A stretch of 24,000 bases of DNA from Christensenellaceae bacterium (GCA_963665515.1 OY762278.1:383423-407422), one strand, 5' to 3'; positions 15,000 through 23,893 are shown, numbered from the stretch's first letter. Made by a program: numbers and translations. The notes: generated by a model from the sequence alone, not told the origin.

Positions 15000-16667
15000 T
15001 TAGCCCTTATAGCTGTCTTTCAGCCCAACCGTGCGGTTGAAGACCGGCGCGTTGGGTTTGGAATCCAAATCGGTGCAAAAATATCCTTCCCGCATAAACT
15101 GGAACCGCTCACCGGGTTTCGTGTCTGCAAGCGCGGGCTCGACAAAACCTTTCATCGCGACCAGAGAATCCGGGTTGAGCTTGTCGACGAAGTCCTTCTC
15201 GACCGTCGTTTCCTCTTCATCGTTGTCCGCCTCGCTGCCTTCATTCGTCATCAGCGTGTCATACAGGCGGAACTCGGCCTCGACCGCGTCGTCCGCATTC
15301 ACCCAGTGTAATGTCCCCTTGACCTTGCGCGCATTCTCGCCGCTCTTGCTGTCGGGATCGAACGTGCAGTGGATTTTGGTGACCGTGCCGTCGTCATTGG
15401 ATTCCCAGCCGGTGCATTTGATGATATATGCGCCTTTGAGCCGCACCTCACCGTCCGGCTTGAGCCGGAAGAACTTTCTTGGTGGTTCAACGGCAAAGTC
15501 TGCACGCTCAATGTACACCCGTTTGCCGAGGCGCACCGTGCGTTCGCCCATCTCCGGAACGTTCGGATGGTTTTCAAGCGTAATCTTTTCGGTTTTGTTT
15601 TCAGGCCAGTTGTCGATTTCGACCAACACCGGTTCAAGCACCGCCATACGGCGGGCGGCGTTTGCGTTCAAGTCCTCGCGCACGCAATGCTCCAGCATAG
15701 CCGCATCTACGACCGAGTCCGCCTTGGCAACGCCGATGCGGTCCAGAAAATCGCGGATGGCGACCGCCGTATAACCGCGGCGACGCATGGCGCAGAGTGT
15801 CGGCATACGCGGATCGTCCCAGCCGGAAACATAGTGTTCCTCCACGAGCCTGCGCAGATAGCGCTTGCTCATGATGGTGTCCGTCAGGTTCAGCCGCGCA
15901 AACTCGATCTGGCGCGGTTTATGCGTAAATTCGCATTCGTCGACCACCCAGTTGTAGAGCGGACGGTGTGCTTCATACTCCAATGAGCAAAGCGAATGCG
16001 TCACACCCTCGATTGCATCCTGAATGGGATGCGCAAAATCGTACATCGGGTAAATGCACCATTTGTCCCCCGTCTGGTGGTGCGAAACATGCTTGATGCG
16101 ATACAGCGCGGGGTCGCGCATGTTGATATTGGGGGACGACATATCGATCTTGGCACGCAGCGTCTTTGCTCCGTCCGGAAATTCGCCCGCGCGCATGCGC
16201 GCGAACAGGTCGAGATTTTCCGCAATCGGGCGCTCGCGGTACGGGCTGTTTTTGCCGGGCTGCGTCAGCGTGCCGCGGTATTCGCGCATTTCGTCCTTTG
16301 TCAGGTCATCCACATACGCAGAACCCTTTTGAATCAGCTTGACCGCAAGGTCGTAACACTGGTCAAAATAGGACGAGCCGAACAAAACCTCGTTCCACTG
16401 GAAGCCGAGCCAGCGGATGTCCTCCTGAATGGCGTCCACATATTCCACGTCTTCCTTGGTCGGGTTCGTGTCGTCAAAACGCAGGTTGCAAATGCCGCCA
16501 TACTGTTCGGCCATGCCGAAATCAATGGCGAGCGCCTTTGCGTGGCCGATGTGCAGGTATCCGTTCGGTTCGGGCGGAAAACGAGTCTGCACGCGCGGCT
16601 CCTTTGTGCGTATATCCTCTTCAATGAACTCTTCAATAAAGTTCCGGGGGCGTTTTACTTCTTCCAT
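15000..16667 (-). CDS. glnS: Glutamine--tRNA ligase
   Basis: RFPPEPNGYLHIGHAKA (HIGH), NLRFDDTNP, IMSKR (KMSKS-type). I prefer ATG 16667 (8 nt after AAGGGG) over track ATG 16673 (2 nt after the SD). Confidence 0.93.
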   Translation of the reverse strand: MEEVKRPRNFIEEFIEEDIRTKEPRVQTRFPPEPNGYLHIGHAKALAIDFGMAEQYGGICNLRFDDTNPTKEDVEYVDAIQEDIRWLGFQWNEVLFGSSYFDQCYDLAVKLIQKGSAYVDDLTKDEMREYRGTLTQPGKNSPYRERPIAENLDLFARMRAGEFPDGAKTLRAKIDMSSPNINMRDPALYRIKHVSHHQTGDKWCIYPMYDFAHPIQDAIEGVTHSLCSLEYEAHRPLYNWVVDECEFTHKPRQIEFARLNLTDTIMSKRYLRRLVEEHYVSGWDDPRMPTLCAMRRRGYTAVAIRDFLDRIGVAKADSVVDAAMLEHCVREDLNANAARRMAVLEPVLVEIDNWPENKTEKITLENHPNVPEMGERTVRLGKRVYIERADFAVEPPRKFFRLKPDGEVRLKGAYIIKCTGWESNDDGTVTKIHCTFDPDSKSGENARKVKGTLHWVNADDAVEAEFRLYDTLMTNEGSEADNDEEETTVEKDFVDKLNPDSLVAMKGFVEPALADTKPGERFQFMREGYFCTDLDSKPNAPVFNRTVGLKDSYKG

Positions 16668-16698
16668 CACCATATCCCCTTAAAAAATTACTTTCTAC

Positions 16699-16727
16699 AT
16701 TATCGTGTAACCGGTCGAAATTGTCAA
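16699..16727 (-). promoter_or_regulatory. Sigma-A promoter of glnS
   Basis: Minus strand: TTGACA (16722-16727), 17-nt spacer, GATAAT (16699-16704). Confidence 0.65.
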
Positions 16728-16732
16728 TTCTC

Positions 16733-16757
16733 CTTGCTTTTCTTAAAGAAAAGCAAG
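16733..16757. repeat. Palindrome e: CTTGCTTTTCTT-a-AAGAAAAGCAAG
   Basis: Perfect 12-bp arms, 5 bp upstream of the glnS -35 and 47 nt downstream of the cca stop. Confidence 0.9.
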
Positions 16758-16804
16758 TAAAAAACTTCCCTTTAATCCTATTCGGTTTTTACCCTAAATA
16801 TGCG

Positions 16805-18184
16805 TTATTGCTTCCTTCGCCGTTTGGCGAGTTGTTTCAGCCGCGGCGTATTGTTGTCCTGCGGATGCTTCACACAGTGCAGGTACAGTTCGTGTTTGAG
16901 TGCGCCGAGCGCCTCGCCTTCCGGCAGACCGGCCGCCTTCATAAGTTCCTCTCCGGAAATCTTCAGCTCTTTTTCGGAAAACGGCGTCCCGTCGTTAAGC
17001 ATTTGATAAAACAGCAGGCGCCAACGCTGCGCCACATAATCCGTGTTGTAACCGCACCCTCGGATATCCGCCTCGCGCAGCAATATCTGGTTCATCGTCC
17101 GTTCGCGTCCCCATGCGGCAAAGCGAACGCGGAGTGTGTCCGGCTTGGCCTGATTTTGGATGTCGTACATGTGCCCGCCGACCAGCGCGCTCACCTCGTT
17201 GATCGTCCGCTTTGGAAAGCGCATTTCACTTAACACCTGTTTTGCAATGCGTTCGCTGTACGTATCGTGTTCATAAAACTTGTTCGTCTCCCGCCAGCAG
17301 TCCGGTTTGCCGACGTCGTGCAAAAGCCCGGCCAGCCGAAGCGTTTTGTCCGGCGGCATTGCGGCGCATACATGAAAGCTGTGCTCCAGCACGTCGTAGC
17401 GATGATGGTCCGGTCGCTGCGCCATGCCGCGCGCCTGATTAAACGCCGGGATCAGCGCATCCCACAGGTTCAGCTCATCCATCATCTTCAGCGCGCGCAA
17501 GGGTGAACGCATCTCATCGTTGCCCAGTGCGGGATAGCGCGCATCGCAAACCAGAATCTTCATCAGCTCCTGCTGTCGGCGCTCCGGCGCAATGTCGATC
17601 AGCTTCGAGGCGTTGCGTTTGGCCGCCTGCATGGTGCCGTCTTCAATCGTCAGCCCCAGTTCGCAGGCAAAGCGCACAAGCCGTAGAACGCGCAGCGCGT
17701 CCGAACGCATGATGTCGTCCGGATCTGCGCTTGTCGTGCGCAAAATCCGTTTTTCCAGATCGACAATCCCGTCTGTCGGGTCGAATACCTCACCTGTGGA
17801 AAGATCGGCATACATGGCGTTGACCGAGAAGTCACGCCGGTACGCGTCGTCCTCCAAGCTTGTGCCGAACGCAACCGAACGCGGGCGGTGTTCTCCGCCT
17901 TCGCCATATGCCTCGCTGCGAAAGGTTGTGTGCTCCACATGTACGTCGCCAAAGTGCAACTCAACCGTACCCATCTCCGCCGCCTTCGGGATCACGCGGA
18001 TGGCGTGCTCCGGCATGAGTGCCAGGATTTCGTCCGGCGTCAATCGGGAGCAGACGTCGATGTCCGACGGTGGCAGATCGAGCAGCGCGTTTCGCACCAA
18101 CCCGCCAACCGCATAAGCTTTGATGTCCGCGCTTTTGAATGCACGCGCCAGAGGCTTTAATTGTCTTGGAATTCGTATCTTCAT
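16805..18184 (-). CDS. cca: CCA tRNA nucleotidyltransferase (PolyA polymerase family head domain + HD domain)
   Basis: AYAVGGLVRNALLDLPPSDIDV (GG.VRD.LL..D.D head motif) and HD-type LLHDVGKP. I prefer ATG 18184 (MKIRIP..) over the TTG 18241 extension, but no strong SD supports either start. Confidence 0.8.
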   Translation of the reverse strand: MKIRIPRQLKPLARAFKSADIKAYAVGGLVRNALLDLPPSDIDVCSRLTPDEILALMPEHAIRVIPKAAEMGTVELHFGDVHVEHTTFRSEAYGEGGEHRPRSVAFGTSLEDDAYRRDFSVNAMYADLSTGEVFDPTDGIVDLEKRILRTTSADPDDIMRSDALRVLRLVRFACELGLTIEDGTMQAAKRNASKLIDIAPERRQQELMKILVCDARYPALGNDEMRSPLRALKMMDELNLWDALIPAFNQARGMAQRPDHHRYDVLEHSFHVCAAMPPDKTLRLAGLLHDVGKPDCWRETNKFYEHDTYSERIAKQVLSEMRFPKRTINEVSALVGGHMYDIQNQAKPDTLRVRFAAWGRERTMNQILLREADIRGCGYNTDYVAQRWRLLFYQMLNDGTPFSEKELKISGEELMKAAGLPEGEALGALKHELYLHCVKHPQDNNTPRLKQLAKRRRKQ

Positions 18185-18294
18185 AATAAAATCGTAATCG
18201 TCGGTTTCCTTTTTCGTTCTTTGTCCGGCTCTGGAAAACAAAAAGAGCTTCTCTTGTTGTACCTTTCATTGTACATCAAGGAGAAGTTCTTTTG

Positions 18295-18318
18295 CTCCTT
18301 TTCCATCAAGAAAAGGAG
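18295..18318 (-). terminator. Hairpin after nfnB (weak or atypical terminator)
   Basis: CTCCTTTT-8 nt loop-AAAAGGAG, 8 nt after the stop at 18326. No clear U-tract follows on the minus strand. Confidence 0.35.
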
Positions 18319-18325
18319 TGATGCT

Positions 18326-19723
18326 TTATTGTTGCGCGCTCAGTTCTTCATGGATTGCCTTTGCGGCGGTCTTGCCCGCGCCCATGGCGAGGATGACCGT
18401 CGCCGCGCCCGTGACAGTGTCGCCACCCGCATAGACGTGCTCGCGGCTCGTTTTGCCGGTCTCTTCGTTCACGATAATGCCGCCCCATTTCTGTGTTTCG
18501 AGGCCGGGCGTCGTATTCTTGATCAGCGGGTTCGGGCTGTTGCCGATGGCGATGACGACCGTACCCACGTCCACGGGATGCTCGCTGCCGGACTTCACTA
18601 CCGGGCGGCGGCGTCCGCTTGCGTCGGGTTCGCCAAGTTCCATCTCCACACAGGTCATGCCGTTGACATGTCCCGTTTCATCGCCGAGAATCTCGGTCGG
18701 GTTGGTCAGCATCTTAAAGATAATGCCTTCCTCTTTGGCATGGTGCACTTCTTCCACACGCGCGGGCATTTCGGCCTCGCTGCGGCGATAGATGATGTAT
18801 ACGTTTTCCGCGCCGAGTCGCTTTGCGCTTCTTGCCGCGTCCATTGCGACGTTTCCGCCGCCAACCACGGCAACGTTTTTGCCAACCTGAATCGGCGTGT
18901 CCGTCTCCGGGAACGTATAAGCCTTCATGAGGTTGATACGCGTCAAGAACTCGTTGGCGGAATATACGCCGTTAAGGTTTTCGCCGGGGATGTTCTGGAA
19001 GCGCGGAAGACCCGCACCGCTGCCGATGAAAACTGCGTCGTAATGCTCTTCTTCAAACAGTTCGTCCATCGTGATGGTACGGCCGATGACCATGTTGGTC
19101 TCGATCTTTACGCCAATGTCCTGAAGCGTCTTGATTTCGTCGCGCACCAGCTGCTTTGGCAGACGGAATTCCGGAATGCCGTACACAAGCACGCCGCCGG
19201 GCGTATGCAGTGCTTCGTAAATCGTGACTTCGTAGCCGAGCTTTCTCAAATCGCCCGCGCAGGTCAGTCCCGCCGGGCCGCCGCCGACAATTGCGACTTT
19301 TTTGCCGTTGTCCGGTTGGGGAACTGCAGGCTTTGCGCCGTGCGCCATGGCATAGTCCGCAACAAAGCGCTCCAGACGGCCGATGGCGACCGGTTCGCCC
19401 TTGATGCCGCGCACGCATTTTTCTTCGCACTGCGTCTCCTGCGGGCAAACGCGTCCGCAAACCGCGGGCAGCGCGTTGGTCGAGCGGATCACGTCGTATG
19501 CTTCCATAAATTCGCCTTCGGCCACAAGCTGAATGAATTCCGGGATGCGCACGTTGACCGGGCAGCCCGCAACACACGGCTTGTGCTTGCAGTTCAGACA
19601 GCGCTTCGCTTCGTCGATGGCCATCTCTTCATCATAGCCCTGCGACACTTCGAAAAAGTTTTTATTCCGTACGTTCGGGTCCTGCTCGCGCGCGGGCAGC
19701 TTCGTCATTCTCATATTCGGCAT
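18326..19723 (-). CDS. nfnB: NfnB / GltD-like NADPH-dependent FAD oxidoreductase with two [4Fe-4S] motifs (often annotated glutamate synthase small chain or SudA)
   Basis: CLNCKHKPCVAGCP and CGRVCPQETQCEEKC cluster motifs. Dinucleotide folds VAIVGGGPAGL and VAVVGGGNVAMD. ATG 19723 follows GGGGAGG and lies 1 nt after the nfnA stop. The track ORF to 19885 is a 5' over-extension. Confidence 0.85.
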   Translation of the reverse strand: MPNMRMTKLPAREQDPNVRNKNFFEVSQGYDEEMAIDEAKRCLNCKHKPCVAGCPVNVRIPEFIQLVAEGEFMEAYDVIRSTNALPAVCGRVCPQETQCEEKCVRGIKGEPVAIGRLERFVADYAMAHGAKPAVPQPDNGKKVAIVGGGPAGLTCAGDLRKLGYEVTIYEALHTPGGVLVYGIPEFRLPKQLVRDEIKTLQDIGVKIETNMVIGRTITMDELFEEEHYDAVFIGSGAGLPRFQNIPGENLNGVYSANEFLTRINLMKAYTFPETDTPIQVGKNVAVVGGGNVAMDAARSAKRLGAENVYIIYRRSEAEMPARVEEVHHAKEEGIIFKMLTNPTEILGDETGHVNGMTCVEMELGEPDASGRRRPVVKSGSEHPVDVGTVVIAIGNSPNPLIKNTTPGLETQKWGGIIVNEETGKTSREHVYAGGDTVTGAATVILAMGAGKTAAKAIHEELSAQQ

Positions 19724-19724
19724 A

Positions 19725-20588
19725 TCAGTTTCCTCCCCGCTTGGTCTGCAGCTCCACGTCCATGAGGTTGCAGGCTTTGCGTTCCATGCTCGTGGCTTCT
19801 TCCTTTTTATACATTCTGCCGCGGGCGATGGCTTCGTCCCAATCGACCTCGAATCCGTCAAAGTCCGGCCCGTCCACGCAGGCAAACTTCGTTTCGCCGC
19901 CGACGGTCACGCGGCAGCTGCCGCACATGCCGGTCCCGTCCACCATGATCGGGTTCATGGAGATCACGGTCGGGATGTTATACTGTTTGGTGATATTGCA
20001 TACCGCGCGCATCATGACCAGCGGGCCGATCGCAATCACATGGTCATATTCTTTACCCGCCTTGAGCTGTTCTTCCAGCGCGCTGGTAACGAAACCTTTA
20101 TGTCCGTTCGATCCGTCGTCCGTCATGATATAAAGATTTTTGCTCGCATCCTTGAGTTCGTCGATCAGGATCATGAGGTCGGTGTTGCGGAATCCCACGA
20201 TTACGTCCACTTCCGCACCAAGTTCATGCAGCGCCTTTGCCTGCGGATACGCGATCGCAACACCGAGTCCGCCGCCGATGACCGCGACCTTTTTCATACC
20301 TTCCAGCTCGCTGGCCTTGCCCAGCGGTCCTACAAAGTCCAGCAGGAAGTCGCCTTCATTCAGGCAATCCAGCCGCTTTGTCGTATAGCCGACCTTCTGG
20401 AAGATGATGGTCACCGTTCCGCGTTCTTTATCCGTTCCCGCTACCGTCAGCGGGACGCGCTCGCCTTCTTCATCAATGCGCAATATGATGAACTGACCCG
20501 CTTTCGCCTTACGTGCGATATACGGCGCCTCCACCTCCATCAGCGTGACTGTTTCATGCAGAACACGCTTCTTTACGATCCGATACAT
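19725..20588 (-). CDS. nfnA: NfnA / PyrK-like FAD-NAD(P) binding [2Fe-2S] subunit (sulfide/dihydroorotate dehydrogenase-like)
   Basis: MYRIVKKRVL...AGQFIILR...RVPLTV (FNR-like barrel). C-terminal CGSCRV..FACVDGPDF 2Fe-2S motif. ATG 20588 is preceded by AAGGAGA. Confidence 0.85.
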   Translation of the reverse strand: MYRIVKKRVLHETVTLMEVEAPYIARKAKAGQFIILRIDEEGERVPLTVAGTDKERGTVTIIFQKVGYTTKRLDCLNEGDFLLDFVGPLGKASELEGMKKVAVIGGGLGVAIAYPQAKALHELGAEVDVIVGFRNTDLMILIDELKDASKNLYIMTDDGSNGHKGFVTSALEEQLKAGKEYDHVIAIGPLVMMRAVCNITKQYNIPTVISMNPIMVDGTGMCGSCRVTVGGETKFACVDGPDFDGFEVDWDEAIARGRMYKKEEATSMERKACNLMDVELQTKRGGN

Positions 20589-20723
20589 GTTGTCTCCTTT
20601 CGAACGAAACATAACACTAAATTGAATTCTGTTTAGTATAACGCATTTTTTTAGAAAATGGAAGTAATCGATGCTAAATTATCGATTTAATTTTTCAGAT
20701 CCTTTAGAACTGTAATTTAGGTG

Positions 20724-20761
20724 AAAACAGGCGGGGGTTTGCACACCCCGCCTGTTTTTTA
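20724..20761 (-). terminator. Rho-independent terminator of the pepF/acidic-protein operon
   Basis: ACAGGCGGGG (20727-20736), 9-nt loop, CCCCGCCTGT (20746-20755). T-runs lie on both strands, and it sits 32 nt downstream of the stop at 20793. Confidence 0.85.
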
Positions 20762-20792
20762 CGAGTGATAACCGGGGTCTTCGGGCACGGGT

Positions 20793-21119
20793 TTATTCCC
20801 AGTCGATCAGCCCGAGGCTGTCGAGGTATTGCTCGCTGTAGTCCATGTAATCCTCAACGAGCCGCAGCATGTACATTTTGAAATCCGGAAACCGTTCCAT
20901 CATCTTGTCGTGCAGGTAATCATACGCTGCATCGTCGTCGTAGACTTCATCTTCATCCGCGCCGGTCTCATGCATGAACGCCGCGTCAAATTTCATGACG
21001 GCGGAGATCATTTCGTCCAGCTTCTTTTCGTCTACAATCTCGGAAAAGTCGCCCTGTTTTTGGAAGCAGTCCAGAATATACGCCTTTGCCAGCGCTTCAT
21101 CATATTCTTTGGTTTCCAT
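20793..21119 (-). CDS. Small, highly acidic hypothetical protein (108 aa; 31 Asp+Glu, 10 Lys+Arg)
   Basis: ATG 21119 is preceded by AGAGGAG, 28 nt after the pepF stop, so it is probably co-transcribed. I recognise no family. Confidence 0.75.
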   Translation of the reverse strand: METKEYDEALAKAYILDCFQKQGDFSEIVDEKKLDEMISAVMKFDAAFMHETGADEDEVYDDDAAYDYLHDKMMERFPDFKMYMLRLVEDYMDYSEQYLDSLGLIDWE

Positions 21120-21147
21120 ACGTTTAATGCTCCTCTGTATTATTCAC

Positions 21148-23865
21148 TTATTTCATCAGCTCGTCGAGTTCGTCCACATATGCCGTGAACACGTCGAGCG
21201 AAGCCAGGATGCTCTCTTTTTTCGTCAGGTCGACGCCCGCGGCCTTGAGCTCCTCGATCGGATAATCGCTGCCGCCGCTTTGCAGGAAGGTCAGATAACG
21301 ATCCAGGCCGTCGTGATGCAGGATGTCGTCCGCCAGCTTCACCGCGGAGCAAAGCCCCGTCGCGTACTGGTAAACATAGAACGCATTGTAGAAGTGCGGC
21401 ACGCGCATCCACTCGATCGCGATGTTGTCGTCCACATTCGCGCCGTCGTAATACAGTTCATTGAGTTTGCGGTACATGTCCGAAAGGCTGTCGACGGTGA
21501 GTGGTTCGCCACTCTCCGCCATGCGGTGGGACTTGAGCTCAAACTCTGCGAACATCGTCTGGCGGAAGCACGTCGTGCGGAAAGACTCAAGGAACTGCGT
21601 GATGTAATACGCCCGCTTCATCTTGTCCGTTTCATTCTCCAGCAGGTGATACGTCATCAACGTTTCGTTAACGGTGGAGGCGACCTCCGCCACCATAATG
21701 CGGTATTGCGACGTTTCGTACGGCTGTGTCGTGTTGGAAAAATGCGAATGCATCGCGTGGCCAAGCTCATGGCCAAGCGTGAAAGCATCGTCCAGCTTGC
21801 CCTGGAAGTTGAGCAGCACATACGGGTGTGCGCCGAACATCCCCGCGCAGAACGCGCCGGAGGTCTTGCCCGGCGTTTCGTAAACGTCGATCCACCCCTT
21901 GGTGTATGCATTGTCGAGCAACTCGCCATACGGCGCGCCGAGCGGCTTGAGCGCTTCCTTCACCAGCGCCTTTGCATCGTCATACGGCATCGGGATATCG
22001 CAGTCAGTCACGATCGGCACATAGAGATCGTACATCTCCAGCTGGTCGACGCCAAGCACGCGCTTGCGAATATCGAGATATTTGCGCAGCGTCGGCAGTT
22101 TTTCGTGAACCGCCTCAATCAGCTGTTCATAAACCGAAACCGGAACGCCATTGGAAAACAGCGCCGCTTCCAACGAACCGTCGAATTTATGTGTGCGCGC
22201 GCGGAACACGTCCGTCTTGACAGACGTGGCATACGTCGCGGTGATCGTGTTTTTCATGCTGCGATAGGCTTTGTACAGCCCTTCGTATGCGTCGCGGCGG
22301 ACACGGCGGTCCGGGCTGACGAGAAACATGCCGTAGGAGCCATGCGTCAGTTTGGCTTCTTCGCCGTTTTCGTCTTTGATCGTGCCGTAGTCGAGGTCCA
22401 CGTCCGAAAGCATGGTAAAGATATTGTCCGCGCCGGAGAGCGGCTCTTCCGCCATAGCCAGCAGACGCTCCTCCTCTGTTGTCAGCGTGTGCGCGCGGCG
22501 GCGGTCGATATCCGAAATGCGGAAGCGGAAACGTTCAAAGCGTTCCTGTTTCGACCACTCACGCAACGTCTCCTGCGGGATGCTCAAAATCTCCGGCTCT
22601 ACAAAGGAGGAAGCCGCTTCCGCAGAAACATAAAGCTGAATGGCGCGGTCGGTCATGCCCTGATAACGGACATTGCCATTATCCTCGTCCTTGTGCAGGT
22701 GTGCGTAGGAATACACCCGTTCGATCAGCAGGCTCAGTTTGCTTTCATCGTTCAGCGCGGCGTAGAGCGCGTCCGCGTTTTCATGAAGTTTCCCCGCGTG
22801 CGCCGGAAATGCGCTCACCAGTTCCTGCGCGCTCGCATAGTCCGCTTCCCAGAGCTCCTCGGACGCATAGATATCGCACAAATCCCATTTTAAAGAAGCG
22901 TCAATCTGTTCTCTCGTCTTCATTCTATTATGTTCCTTCCGTCGTTCCGTTTTATTTTGTAAGCTCGTCGAGCAATAATACCATCGCTTCGTGTCCGCCC
23001 GGTCACAGCAGGCTGCGGCATACACCGCCGTGTCCGCCGCGCACAGCATCAGCACCCAAAAAGGCAGCATAAGCGCACCGATAAACGCCGCGATTGCAGT
23101 CATCGCCAGCGCGTCGCCGCCCGCAATCCGTGCGGAAAGCCCCATAACGCCGATGATCAGCATTAGCGTAACCATCAACGTAGCGAGTCCCGCCATGCCT
23201 GCTGCATATCGCGCACGCCGGTAATAATGAAAACCGCGTTTTACCGCGCGAAAGCCGCCCGTGTTTTCCCAAACGGCAGCGGGTATCACAAGGCTGACCG
23301 GCAGCCGCGTTTGCCAGAAAACCATCACGCCCAGCGTCCATGCAATGATCAATCGCCATTCGTCCGCGCCGGGGATTCGTTTTGCCACCGCGGATGCTCC
23401 AACGCCGATCAAAACAGCCGCCACGCCGCAGGCAACCCGGCAGAGCAGTACCGCCCAGTACGCACCGGATGCACGCGCGTGCGCACCATTTGCGGTCTTT
23501 CCAACGGCGCGTCCGCTGCGCGGGACGCTGAACAGTGCAAGCGCGTAGGCTTCGTAGGTTGCAATCACTGCTCGCGGGTGCAAATAGGCGATATATAGCG
23601 CCGCCAGAACAATCGCCGGCATGCCGCAAAAGACCAGAATGACGTCCGCACGGTAACCGCCCCTCTGACTTCCAAGCAGCGTCGGGTCATAGACGGCAGC
23701 CGCGACAAACGCCCCCGCCGTTACCAGCACCAGTAGCATCAAGCCTGCGTGCAGATAGAAAAAGCGCAGCATTGCGCCAAAACGCGTGCGAAACAATTTC
23801 CATGCTGTGCAAAGAACGTCCCGTGCGCCGATATTTGGTTGTTGCTGCGGTTGATTCCGGTTCAT
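21148..23865 (-). CDS. pepF: Oligoendopeptidase F (M3B) with an in-frame N-terminal polytopic membrane domain of about 314 aa (905-aa reading frame). The PepF module could alternatively start at the internal ATG 22923.
   Basis: PepF module 21148-22923 (591 aa) carries HELGH (21757-21771). The upstream frame has no stop and encodes about 6 hydrophobic helices. ATG 23865 follows AAAGGAA and an extended -10. The internal ATG 22923 has its own GGAAGGA 10 nt upstream. Confidence 0.65.
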   Translation of the reverse strand: MNRNQPQQQPNIGARDVLCTAWKLFRTRFGAMLRFFYLHAGLMLLVLVTAGAFVAAAVYDPTLLGSQRGGYRADVILVFCGMPAIVLAALYIAYLHPRAVIATYEAYALALFSVPRSGRAVGKTANGAHARASGAYWAVLLCRVACGVAAVLIGVGASAVAKRIPGADEWRLIIAWTLGVMVFWQTRLPVSLVIPAAVWENTGGFRAVKRGFHYYRRARYAAGMAGLATLMVTLMLIIGVMGLSARIAGGDALAMTAIAAFIGALMLPFWVLMLCAADTAVYAAACCDRADTKRWYYCSTSLQNKTERRKEHNRMKTREQIDASLKWDLCDIYASEELWEADYASAQELVSAFPAHAGKLHENADALYAALNDESKLSLLIERVYSYAHLHKDEDNGNVRYQGMTDRAIQLYVSAEAASSFVEPEILSIPQETLREWSKQERFERFRFRISDIDRRRAHTLTTEEERLLAMAEEPLSGADNIFTMLSDVDLDYGTIKDENGEEAKLTHGSYGMFLVSPDRRVRRDAYEGLYKAYRSMKNTITATYATSVKTDVFRARTHKFDGSLEAALFSNGVPVSVYEQLIEAVHEKLPTLRKYLDIRKRVLGVDQLEMYDLYVPIVTDCDIPMPYDDAKALVKEALKPLGAPYGELLDNAYTKGWIDVYETPGKTSGAFCAGMFGAHPYVLLNFQGKLDDAFTLGHELGHAMHSHFSNTTQPYETSQYRIMVAEVASTVNETLMTYHLLENETDKMKRAYYITQFLESFRTTCFRQTMFAEFELKSHRMAESGEPLTVDSLSDMYRKLNELYYDGANVDDNIAIEWMRVPHFYNAFYVYQYATGLCSAVKLADDILHHDGLDRYLTFLQSGGSDYPIEELKAAGVDLTKKESILASLDVFTAYVDELDELMK
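22924..23865 (-). other. Polytopic membrane domain (about 6 TM) in frame with pepF
   Basis: Hydrophobic segments include LHAGLMLLVLVTAGAFVAAAV, VILVFCGMPAIVLAALYIAYL, YWAVLLCRVACGVAAVLIGVG, LIIAWTLGVMVFW, MAGLATLMVTLMLIIGVMGL and AIAAFIGALMLPFWVLMLCAA. The architecture loosely resembles DUF975/GDPD-membrane-domain-like proteins, but I am uncertain. Confidence 0.6.
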
Positions 23866-23893
23866 CGTTCCTTTTTTCCGCTTCAATACTGGT

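Noticed and set aside
13428-16673. Adjacent GluRS and GlnRS genes as an anomaly in a Firmicute
   Set aside because: Many Clostridia encode a bona fide GlnRS, and adjacency of aaRS genes is unremarkable. Nothing in the sequence suggests pseudogenisation or unusual domains.
13305-16760. The recurring palindromes as a CRISPR array
   Set aside because: The copies are separated by whole genes of 1.4-1.7 kb rather than by regular 30-40-nt spacers, they are only 21-27 bp of A/T-rich sequence, and no cas genes are present.
18185-18241. N-terminal extension of cca from TTG 18241 (MFSRAGQRTKKETDDYDFI...)
   Set aside because: The extension is not family-like. The CCA-enzyme head domain alignment begins about 20 aa before the GG.VR motif, which fits ATG 18184. 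This remains uncertain because neither start has a strong SD.
19724-19885. Track ORF 18326..19885 (nfnB start upstream, overlapping nfnA by about 160 nt) and MFRSKGDN extension of nfnA (20612)
   Set aside because: The internal ATGs at 19723 and 20588 each have strong SD sequences and match the family N-termini. The extensions overlap the upstream gene or contain the SD itself.
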